Shown piece after piece: positions 9,274-15,872 of a stretch of 60,048 bases of DNA (its first letter is position 1; every line of letters starts with the position of its first letter). The notes under the pieces were generated by a model, which saw nothing but the letters and a program-made list of their open reading frames with translations, had not been told where the DNA came from and ran no database searches. Made by a program: the position numbers and the translations under genes. The stretch lies in assembly GCA_964565515.1 (NCBI GenBank), contig CAZMFA010000001.1, positions 1 through 60,048 of the forward strand, given 5' to 3'. The DNA comes from an uncultured Candidatus Saccharibacteria bacterium (GTDB taxonomy: Bacteria > Patescibacteriota > Minisyncoccia > UBA6257 > GWB1-50-10).

Positions 9274-9346
9274 TGCCCCCAGCAGGATTCGAACCTGCGA
9301 CCCACTGCTTAAAAGGCAGGTGCTCTACCAACTGAGCTATAGGGGC
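9274..9346 (-). tRNA. tRNA-Lys (anticodon UUU)
   Basis: Reverse complement folds as a cloverleaf: acceptor GCCCCTA/TGGGGGC, D arm GCTC-AGTTGGTA-GAGC, anticodon loop CTTTTAA, T arm GCAGG-TTCGAAT-CCTGC. CCA is not encoded. Confidence 0.9.
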
Positions 9347-9357
9347 TCTCCCCGCTA

Positions 9358-9386
9358 TTTATACTAAAAACGGCAGTTTTTGTAAA
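9358..9386 (-). promoter_or_regulatory. Sigma70-like promoter for tRNA-Lys (TTTACA-N17-TATAAA on the minus strand)
   Basis: Hexamers read on the minus strand; the -10 ends 11 nt before the tRNA 5' end. Confidence 0.55.
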
Positions 9387-9390
9387 CCTT

Positions 9391-9419
9391 TTGACGCCCC
9401 GCTGTTTTTTTTGTAGTAT
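9391..9419 (+). promoter_or_regulatory. Sigma70-like promoter for tRNA-Asn (TTGACG-N17-TAGTAT)
   Basis: Divergent from the tRNA-Lys promoter. Followed by leader hairpin GCCGGTAAA-tga-TTTACCGGC (9426..9446). Confidence 0.6.
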
Positions 9420-9457
9420 GGTAAAGCCGGTAAATGATTTACCGGCAGGCAGGTAAT

Positions 9458-9713
9458 TCTCCGGTAGCTCAGCGGTAGAGCGGCTCCCTGTCGAGTAAGG
9501 CAGCGTTGCGCAGCAATGCGCAAATGAAAATCGGGCTAATTCGGGGAACTCTCGCAAGAGACAATCCCGAGCTAAGTTCTCGCCTATGGCGGGATAAATG
9601 TGTAGAGACTATATACCCGGGTCCCCACGTGGGACATGAGATAGTCCAGACCTTTTGGTGACAGAAGGACAACTGTAAGGAGATGGTCGTAGGTTCGATC
9701 CCTACCCGGAGAG
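9458..9713 (+). tRNA. tRNA-Asn (anticodon GUU) interrupted by a 184-nt intron between positions 35 and 36
   Basis: Exon 1 (9458..9491): TCTCCGG TA GCTC AGCGGTA GAGC G GCTCC CTGT. Exon 2 (9676..9713): TAA GGAGA TGGTC GTAGG TTCGATC CCTAC CCGGAGA G. The spliced loop CUGUUAA and discriminator G73 are as in bacterial tRNA-Asn. Confidence 0.85.
9492..9675 (+). ncRNA. Group I intron (IC3-like, no ORF)
   Basis: 5' splice site follows a U that pairs as U.G with the IGS GGCAG (9499..9503). P2 is TTGCGCA-GCAA-TGCGCAA. P4 is TCGGGG/TCCCGA, with A-rich J4/5. P5 is TCTC-GCAA-GAGA. P6 is CTCGCC-tat-GGCGGG. The core string GUGUAGAGACUA is present. P7 is GACTA/TAGTC, P8 is GTCCC/GGGAC, and the terminal G is at 9675. 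Confidence 0.8.
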
Positions 9714-9717
9714 CACT

Positions 9718-9810
9718 AAACCCCCGACCCCCGTCTGGGACACCCTCGGGTTTCCCATCAGCCGCACTTCCGTGCGGCTCCTTCCAAGATGGGGGTTTAG
9801 TTTTTCTTTT
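9718..9810 (+). terminator. Structured trailer and probable terminator after tRNA-Asn
   Basis: Outer stem AAACCCCC/GGGGGTTT (9718..9725 / 9791..9798) encloses the 8-bp hairpin AGCCGCAC-ttcc-GTGCGGCT, followed by AGTTTTTCTTTT. Confidence 0.4.
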
Positions 9811-9897
9811 GCGAAGCAAAAGAATGAAGCGGCGAGCCGGAGTATCGCAGATACCCGGAGAGCAAGCGAGTGAAATACAAAAGCGCCATCAGCGGCG

Positions 9898-9933
9898 TAA
9901 AAAAATAGCGGGAACCTTCGAGGGAAGGTTCCC
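9898..9933 (-). terminator. Intrinsic terminator of the 9941..10585 gene
   Basis: GGGAACCTTC-gagg-GAAGGTTCCC 10-bp stem; on the minus strand it is followed by GCTATTTTTTT. Confidence 0.8.
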
Positions 9934-9940
9934 GTTTCCA

Positions 9941-10585
9941 TTATTTTTTCTCCACCTCCATCCGCTTCATCTCGAGGATGAGTCGCATCCCTTCCTTGTG
10001 GAGAAAAAGCTCCATGAAGGGATAGATCAAGACCCCGTCCTTGTTGTAAACAAGGACGTTTCCGTCGATGAAAGGATCCCCAGCCTTGTTGGAACTCGAT
10101 ATCTTGTAAATCAGTGGGTGAAGTGGGTCCTGAGAAACGCGGAAGGTCACCGAGTCCTTCCAGAGCACGAAGTGATCACAGAGAGAATCGGGGCCGTCTA
10201 GGGAAAAGAATTCCCTCACGTCTTTCACGAAACGAATAACATCGCTCCGCAACGAATCTCTTTTCAACGGATTGAGCGGGAAATGAGGGGGGTCTATGAA
10301 TGAGTAGACGGTGGTATCCGAAGAGACCGACAGCCATTTCCTTCCGTCTTTGTTTCCCAGGAACATCTGAAAATCGTTGTTGCCTGAGGGGCCGACATCG
10401 ATTTCCCGGTAATCCAGATGGCTGGGTGCAATGCCGAGAAATTGGCTCGCCCAACCCAAGAACCCCGAAAGGGAAACCGTATACTCCGCGGTCAAAACCG
10501 TTGTATCGGCATTGGTGCGCTGGAAACATTTCTGCGGCCCGGACAAAAGGAAGAATCCCGAGAGTGTGAGGAAGAGAAGGTACAT
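9941..10585 (-). CDS. Hypothetical secreted or membrane-anchored protein
   Basis: N-terminal hydrophobic signal (MYLLFLTLSGFFLLSG), GGAGG Shine-Dalgarno 4 nt upstream, own terminator. No family recognised. Confidence 0.6.
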   Translation of the reverse strand: MYLLFLTLSGFFLLSGPQKCFQRTNADTTVLTAEYTVSLSGFLGWASQFLGIAPSHLDYREIDVGPSGNNDFQMFLGNKDGRKWLSVSSDTTVYSFIDPPHFPLNPLKRDSLRSDVIRFVKDVREFFSLDGPDSLCDHFVLWKDSVTFRVSQDPLHPLIYKISSSNKAGDPFIDGNVLVYNKDGVLIYPFMELFLHKEGMRLILEMKRMEVEKK

Positions 10586-10652
10586 AAAGCCTCCGTTTGT
10601 TTAACTACCAGAGTGCATTCTAAGCCCGTCGGACTCTTTCTTCAAGCCGTTC

Positions 10653-11003
10653 TCAAGTATTGCTCCTCGTGATCGTGATACTCGGGACGCCGTTCTTCCA
10701 GACGGCCGTTTTCTTGATGGTCACTTCCGTGGATTTTATCCTCTTGTCTTCGAGAATTTTCCCCGCGATGTCTTCGGCCAGGGCTTCGATGAGATAGCGG
10801 CTTGGCCCTTCGATGACTGCGCGGATTTTGTTGCGAACCCCGCTGTAGTCGAGTGTGTCGGTTATCTTGTCGCTCAAGCCGGCCTTCTTTGCGTCGAAGC
10901 TCAAGTCCGCTTCAATGAGGAACTCCTGCTCGACGTTCCGTTCATCGCCCCCGACGCCGTGCTTCCCGCGGAAGAAAAGACCGGTGATGCGTATGTGATC
11001 CAT
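10653..11003 (-). CDS. folB: Dihydroneopterin aldolase
   Basis: MDHIRITGLFFRGKHGVGGDERNVEQEFLIEADL...DTLDYS...IEALAEDIA matches the FolB pattern. Start moved to ATG 11003 (ORF track begins at 11108). TACAAT lies 6 nt upstream. Confidence 0.8.
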   Translation of the reverse strand: MDHIRITGLFFRGKHGVGGDERNVEQEFLIEADLSFDAKKAGLSDKITDTLDYSGVRNKIRAVIEGPSRYLIEALAEDIAGKILEDKRIKSTEVTIKKTAVWKNGVPSITITRSNT

Positions 11004-11026
11004 GGACTTATTGTAGCAAACCGAGG

Positions 11027-11069
11027 CAGTGAAGCCGGCTTCAGTAGTAATGGTATAGTGAAGGTATGG
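11027..11069. repeat. Left copy of a perfect 43-bp inverted repeat (partner at 12182..12224)
   Basis: CAGTGAAGCCGGCTTCAGTAGTAATGGTATAGTGAAGGTATGG is the exact reverse complement of 12182..12224. Contains the 14-bp palindrome TGAAGCCGGCTTCA (11030..11043). Confidence 0.95.
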
Positions 11070-11247
11070 GAAAACCGTCACCGTTATCGCACATCGCCTT
11101 TCGACCATCGTGAAAATGGACCGGACCGTCGTCGTCCAGAACGGTGCGATCGTGGCGGAAGGAACACGCCAGGATCTCCTGAAGCGGGAAGGCTTATACC
11201 GGAAACTTTGGAATATCCAGGCGGGGGGATTCCGCGATGCGGATTGA
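11062..11247 (+). pseudogene. 3' remnant of an ABC-transporter ATPase gene (MsbA/exporter type), N-terminus missing
   Basis: The frame opens right after a TGA inside the repeat and reads RYGKTVTVIAHRLSTIVKMDRTVVVQNGAIVAEGTRQDLLKREGLYRKLWNIQ..*. This is the H-loop and C-terminal tail only, with no Walker A/B or signature motif upstream. Confidence 0.75.
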
Positions 11248-11271
11248 CCCGCTTTGCCCCGATGTTAGAAT
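11244..11271 (+). promoter_or_regulatory. Promoter TTGACC-N16-TAGAAT, 6 nt before ATG 11278 (leaderless layout)
   Basis: Near-consensus hexamers; the -35 overlaps the stop of the ABC remnant. Confidence 0.6.
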
Positions 11272-11277
11272 ATCTCC

Positions 11278-11979
11278 ATGAATCCCAAGAAGGCGCCATT
11301 TCAGCAGCCGGAGATCGAAGGGCCGCTTGAGACCGCGGTTGAAAAAGCCATGCGCGGCGAAATAGCGTGGGAAGAAGAAGCCGAAGAGACACTCCCGCTC
11401 TATGATAAGGAAGCGGAAAAAATAAGCGAAGAGCTCAAAAATATCAAGGACGCCCCGAAGGAATATCGGGAGCTTTTGGTCCGGAGGTTCAAGGAACGGC
11501 TCAAGCGGCGTGTGGAGGGTCTGGCGGCGGTTCAGGCGGGCGCTATTGCGGCAATCGAAAAGAATCCTGACATTTCGAAGGATGCTCTCCTGGAATCAGT
11601 CAAGAAGCTCGGATCCCGGTACGGCATGACGAAGGATCAGGAGGAGACGGCGGAATCACTCGTCGATCTCTACGAATTGAGGCATAAAAAAATCGGGGAA
11701 ATACGGCAGCGGTATCCCAAGGATCGCGATCTTTTTAAGGTCTTGTTTGGGAGGAACTCCGAGGGGAAAGTCGAGATTATCGATGGTCCGATGACGTTTT
11801 ACGTGCGGTGCGAAAATCTCGACGATTACGCCTTTATTTGTAATCGGAAATTCCTGAACGGCGGGAATATCGAACCCTCGGACCGGGAGCGGGCAAGATC
11901 GACGCGGCTGCCGCGGAATCGCACGCCCTCGCGGATGAGCATTCTTTTCTTCGCCGGCAAGCCGCCCTTCGCCGAGTAG
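11278..11979 (+). CDS. Hypothetical protein (charged, helical N-terminal half); 3' end uncertain
   Basis: 233-aa ORF with a strong promoter. The last ~50 codons are antisense to the MGMT gene and may not be native. Confidence 0.5.
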   Translation: MNPKKAPFQQPEIEGPLETAVEKAMRGEIAWEEEAEETLPLYDKEAEKISEELKNIKDAPKEYRELLVRRFKERLKRRVEGLAAVQAGAIAAIEKNPDISKDALLESVKKLGSRYGMTKDQEETAESLVDLYELRHKKIGEIRQRYPKDRDLFKVLFGRNSEGKVEIIDGPMTFYVRCENLDDYAFICNRKFLNGGNIEPSDRERARSTRLPRNRTPSRMSILFFAGKPPFAE

Positions 11980-12185
11980 CCGGTTAGGGCCCCGTCCGCC
12001 GCGACCACGCGATGGCAAGGGACGATAGGCGCCTGAGGATTTGTTTTCATGAAATACCCGACGGCACGGGCGGCGCGGGGATTTCCCGCAAGACGGGCGA
12101 CTTGTCCGTACGTCGCGACTTTCCCCTTGGGGATTCGCCTCGCGATCGCGTACACTTTTTCGCGGAACGACGGTGTTTTTTCCAT
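11826..12185 (-). CDS. MGMT-family (O6-alkylguanine-DNA alkyltransferase DNA-binding domain) protein, copy 1
   Basis: IPKGKVATYGQVA..GNPRAARAVG...PCHRVV active-site motif. About 18-aa C-terminal extension relative to copy 2. TATAGT lies 6 nt upstream of the ATG. Confidence 0.85.
   Translation of the reverse strand: MEKTPSFREKVYAIARRIPKGKVATYGQVARLAGNPRAARAVGYFMKTNPQAPIVPCHRVVAADGALTGYSAKGGLPAKKRMLIREGVRFRGSRVDLARSRSEGSIFPPFRNFRLQIKA
12001..12091. repeat. 91-bp tract identical to 13459..13549 (inside MGMT copy 1)
   Basis: Exact direct repeat. Flanking coding sequence of the two paralogs is clearly diverged. Confidence 0.95.
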
Positions 12186-12224
12186 ACCTTCACTATACCA
12201 TTACTACTGAAGCCGGCTTCACTG
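12182..12224. repeat. Right copy of the 43-bp inverted repeat; divergent promoter region between MGMT copy 1 and the Nudix gene
   Basis: Reverse complement of 11027..11069. Includes the MGMT start codon (12183..12185), its TATAGT box, and the palindrome at 12208..12221, which abuts the TGGACA -35 of the Nudix gene. Confidence 0.95.
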
Positions 12225-12258
12225 GACAGGTGGCGGCCGGCCGAATACCATTTATTTT

Positions 12259-12957
12259 ATGGATAGAGATGTGCATGCGATCCAGGCCGGCATCATGAAA
12301 GAGCTCCTCCTCAAGAAAGAAGCGAGATTTTCGGAACTGAACGTCAATAAGGTGCCGACCGATCAGTTTACCTTTCACGTGCGGCAGCTTACCGAGCGCG
12401 GGATCATCGAAAAGATGGATGAAGGACAGTACCGTTTGACGGTTTCCGGGAAGGAGTACGCGAACCGTTTCGATATCGATTCGGGCCCGGTTAAATTCGA
12501 GCATCAAGCGAAGATCGGCGTCCTCGTCGTCGCGACGAGGAAGAAGGGCGGCAAAATCGAATACGTAATGCAGGAACGCCGCAAGCATCCGTTCTTCGGC
12601 TTTCGCGGGTTCATCACGGGGAAGGTGAAACTTGGCGAATCGATTGTCGAAACCGCAAAGCGGGAACTTCGGGAAGAAACCGGCCTCGCGGCCGACTGCG
12701 AGCCGAAGACCGTTTATCACGAACGCATCCTGTCGCGGGAGAACGATCTTCTGGAAGACAAGAATTTTTTCATCTTCACGGCCCCGAATCCCGTGGGCGA
12801 CCTCGTCGAGGAGTTCGACGGGGGAAAGAACCGGTGGATCCCGGAGAACGAGGTGCTCGAAGGGAATATTTTTTACGATATTGCCGATATCTTGAAGCTC
12901 ATTCGATCTGATCATTTCACATTTTCGGAAAGGTCGTATGTCGTCGATGAATACTAA
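12259..12957 (+). CDS. Winged-helix (MarR/ArsR-like) plus Nudix hydrolase fusion protein
   Basis: N-terminal wHTH (FSELNVNKVPTDQFTFHVRQLTERGIIEK). Nudix box GKVKLGESIVETAKRELREETGL. TGGACA-N17-TACCAT lies 7 nt before the ATG. Confidence 0.8.
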   Translation: MDRDVHAIQAGIMKELLLKKEARFSELNVNKVPTDQFTFHVRQLTERGIIEKMDEGQYRLTVSGKEYANRFDIDSGPVKFEHQAKIGVLVVATRKKGGKIEYVMQERRKHPFFGFRGFITGKVKLGESIVETAKRELREETGLAADCEPKTVYHERILSRENDLLEDKNFFIFTAPNPVGDLVEEFDGGKNRWIPENEVLEGNIFYDIADILKLIRSDHFTFSERSYVVDEY

Positions 12958-13325
12958 TGAAAAAGATTTATTACAACAAACTCATACGCGATCGGATCCC
13001 TGAGAAAATCACGAAAAACGGCGGACTGTTTAAGATTGAAAAACTCGATCAAAAGTCGTTCGAAAGGGAGCTTATAAAGAAAGTCGGCGAAGAAGCAACC
13101 GGCCTTTTGCACGCGAAGACCAAAGAAGAAATTGCTTCGGAACTCGGCGATATCATCGACGTCATCGAAGAAGTGAAAAAAGTGAAGAAGATTTCGCGCA
13201 AGGAAATCGAATCGGCGCAAAGGAAAGCGTACGATGTGAAGGGGGGATTCAAGAAAAAACTATTTCTCGTCTGGTCATCCGATACGGGCTATCGGACGAA
13301 TGAACGGCGCTATTCAGGGAAGTAG
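12957..13325 (+). CDS. MazG-like all-alpha NTP pyrophosphohydrolase (PRA-PH-like)
   Basis: YNKLIRDRIPEKI N-terminus and E-rich helices (EEATGLL, ELGDIIDVIEEV) typical of this small family. TAATG overlap with the Nudix gene. Confidence 0.6.
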   Translation: MKKIYYNKLIRDRIPEKITKNGGLFKIEKLDQKSFERELIKKVGEEATGLLHAKTKEEIASELGDIIDVIEEVKKVKKISRKEIESAQRKAYDVKGGFKKKLFLVWSSDTGYRTNERRYSGK

Positions 13326-13328
13326 GGA

Positions 13329-13643
13329 TTATCTCTTCCAGCGCGATTTTCGAAGGTCCACGCGGGCGCCGCGGAACGACACCCCTTCCTTGCGGAGTAT
13401 GAGCTCCTTTTTCTTCAATCCTCCTTCGGTTGAATAGCCGGTCAAAGCACCGTTCGCGGCGACCACGCGATGGCAAGGGACGATAGGCGCCTGAGGATTT
13501 GTTTTCATGAAATACCCGACGGCACGGGCGGCGCGGGGATTTCCCGCAAACCGCGCAAGATCGCCGTAGGTTGCAACCTTGCCTTTCGGTATCTTTTGAG
13601 CTATTTGGTAAACCTTTTCGCGAAAGGAAAATTCCTTTTTCAT
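13329..13643 (-). CDS. MGMT-family protein, copy 2
   Basis: IPKGKVATYGDLA..GNPRAARAVG..PCHRVV. Start placed at MKKEFSFREKVY by alignment with copy 1 (ORF track extends to 13697). Confidence 0.85.
   Translation of the reverse strand: MKKEFSFREKVYQIAQKIPKGKVATYGDLARFAGNPRAARAVGYFMKTNPQAPIVPCHRVVAANGALTGYSTEGGLKKKELILRKEGVSFRGARVDLRKSRWKR
13459..13549. repeat. 91-bp tract identical to 12001..12091 (inside MGMT copy 2)
   Basis: Exact direct repeat. Confidence 0.95.
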
Positions 13644-13702
13644 CTGTCGTTTCATTGTACTAAGCCCTTGACTGGAAAGCACGGAAGACGGTAGCATACG
13701 GA

Positions 13703-15223
13703 GTGACTTTGACTAACATGCAGCATTTGAAAGGACTCTTCGGGAGGTTCGGGAAATTTTTCATCGCCGCCGCTCTTCTTATCATCGCGGCTGCAATTTA
13801 TTTTTACGTTGCTTCGAGTGGAGCGCCGTCGTTCGGCGTGTATGCGGTCGCCCGGGGCGATCTTACGGAATCGGTTGACGTTTCGGGGAATGTAAGCGCC
13901 GATCACAGCGCCAACCTTTCATTCCAGGAAACCGGCCAAGTGGCGGCCGTTCCCGTCGAAGAAGGAGCGACGGTTGCGGTAGGCACTGTATTGGCCGAAC
14001 TTGACCAGTCGTCCCTTGCGGCGGCTGCGGAACAAGCAAATGCAGCGCTCGCCGCAGCTGAAGCGAAATTGAGCGGCATGGAAAACGGAACAAGGCCGGA
14101 GCAGATCACGCTCGACGAAGGAGCACTCACGAGCGCCGAATCATCACTTTCAGCGGCCCTCGAAAGCGCGTATGTCGCCGCGGACGACGCCATACGGAAT
14201 CAAACGGACAATCTTTTTTCCAATCCTACGAGCATGAATCCCGTCTTTTTGGTTGCTGCGCCCGACGCCCAGCTCGTCATCGATATCGAAGCGGAACGGC
14301 AACATATGACAACCATCCTCGACGGCTGGTATGTCGCTCAAGGTGCCACGAGTTCCAGTGTGGCGGGGGGATATCAAATTGCTTCCGCGGCGCTCCAAAA
14401 CATAGAGTCGTATTTGAATGCCGTTGCCCTTGCGGTAAACAGCGCCGTTCCGAACGGTACGGTGGCGGCTTCGACGCTCGCGACGTATAAAACGGACATC
14501 ATTGCGGCGCGATCGGAAATAACGGAAGCGAATACCGCCCTTTCGACTGCAAATGCAGCATTCACCGTTGCAGAAAATACCCTGGCGCTTGCCAAAGCCG
14601 GTTCGACGCCGGAAGATATCGCGGCAGAGAAGGCGGTAGTGCTCCAAGCGCAAGCAGCTGCAGCAAGCGCGGAAGTCGCCTTGAATCACGCGGTGCTCCG
14701 GGCACCCTTTGCGGGATCGATCAGCAATTTGAATGTTACGGTGGGCGAAGTCGTTTCAATCGGCACTCCCGTTGCAACGATCACCAATCCCAGCGGTATG
14801 AAGATAGAAACCTACGCTTCGGAGAACGACGTGGCACGTCTTGCGGTCGGCGACCAAGCGGCGGTAACCCTCGACGCGTACGGTTCCGGCACCACGTTTC
14901 CGGCGACGGTAACCGCCATCGCCGCCGCCGAGACGGAAGTAAACGGTGCGCCGGCATACGAAGTAACGCTCCACTTTACCGGGAACGACAATCGGATCAA
15001 AGACGGGATGACGGGAACCGCGCATATCGTGGCGGCAACCCGCGCGAACGCCCTCGAGGTTCCCACGCGGCTCATCCTTTCCGACGGCAATCGTTCCTTC
15101 GTTCTCGTGAAAAGCGGATCGGGAACGGAAAAACGGGAAGTTATAACCGGCTTGACGGGCGATAACGGGATGACGGAGATCGTTTCCGGCGTGTCGGCAG
15201 GCGACCAAGTAGTCAGCTTTTAA
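13703..15223 (+). CDS. HlyD/MacA-type periplasmic adaptor (membrane fusion protein) with long coiled coil
   Basis: N-terminal TM, lipoyl-like VxxGxxVxxGxVLAELD, Ala-rich coiled coil, C-terminal beta-barrel. Paralog of 44555..46126. Confidence 0.8.
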   Translation: MTLTNMQHLKGLFGRFGKFFIAAALLIIAAAIYFYVASSGAPSFGVYAVARGDLTESVDVSGNVSADHSANLSFQETGQVAAVPVEEGATVAVGTVLAELDQSSLAAAAEQANAALAAAEAKLSGMENGTRPEQITLDEGALTSAESSLSAALESAYVAADDAIRNQTDNLFSNPTSMNPVFLVAAPDAQLVIDIEAERQHMTTILDGWYVAQGATSSSVAGGYQIASAALQNIESYLNAVALAVNSAVPNGTVAASTLATYKTDIIAARSEITEANTALSTANAAFTVAENTLALAKAGSTPEDIAAEKAVVLQAQAAAASAEVALNHAVLRAPFAGSISNLNVTVGEVVSIGTPVATITNPSGMKIETYASENDVARLAVGDQAAVTLDAYGSGTTFPATVTAIAAAETEVNGAPAYEVTLHFTGNDNRIKDGMTGTAHIVAATRANALEVPTRLILSDGNRSFVLVKSGSGTEKREVITGLTGDNGMTEIVSGVSAGDQVVSF

Positions 15224-15227
15224 TCCC

Positions 15228-15872
15228 ATGGAAGAAAAAAATACCATTGAACGCAAAGGACGGAAAACCACTCTTATCATCGGAGTGATCGTCATCGCCC
15301 TTATGGTCGTCGGCGGTTCGACCTACTGGTATGTCGCTTCGAAGACGGTGTATATCGATCAATCGGTCATCGAAGCGCCCTTGATCGATCTCAGTCCCGT
15401 CAATTCGGGCATCCTCGAACAAGTTTTTGTGAACGTCGGCGACGAAGTTGCTCCGGGCACTCCGGTTGCGCGCGTGGGAGACGAAATTGTAAAAGCGAAG
15501 GTGGGCGGCGAAATCGTTTCCGTCGATAATAATATCGGCTCTTACGTGAATGTCCTTACGGGACAGGGGACCGTGGCCTCTATGGTCGATCCTTCAGAGC
15601 TCCGCGTGGTGGGGCATCTCGACGAAAATAAAGGGCTCGTGAACGTCAACGTCGGCGACCCGGCGACCTTTACCGTCGACGCGTTCGGCGGAAAAGTCTT
15701 CAAGGGCGTCGTTTCCGAGGTATCGCCGACCTCCCGGCAAAGCGACGTGGTGTTTGATATTTCGAGCCAGCGGCCGACCAATGAGTTCGACGTCAAGGTA
15801 AAATTCGATACGCAAAAATATCCCGAGCTCAAGAACGGCATGTCAGCGAGGATCTGGGTGTTCAAACAATAA
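15228..15872 (+). CDS. Short HlyD/EmrA-family adaptor protein
   Basis: N-terminal TM, IEAPLIDLSPVNSGILEQVFVNVGDEVAPGTPVA lipoyl-like hairpin, C-terminal barrel; lies upstream of an MFS pump. Confidence 0.65.
   Translation: MEEKNTIERKGRKTTLIIGVIVIALMVVGGSTYWYVASKTVYIDQSVIEAPLIDLSPVNSGILEQVFVNVGDEVAPGTPVARVGDEIVKAKVGGEIVSVDNNIGSYVNVLTGQGTVASMVDPSELRVVGHLDENKGLVNVNVGDPATFTVDAFGGKVFKGVVSEVSPTSRQSDVVFDISSQRPTNEFDVKVKFDTQKYPELKNGMSARIWVFKQ

Noticed and set aside
11278-11289. ATGAATCCC at the start of gene 11278, and ATGAACCCCGTAA at 19026, as solo left ends of the TIR element.
   Set aside because: These are only 9-12 nt matches with no right arm nearby. Matches of that length are expected by chance in 60 kb.
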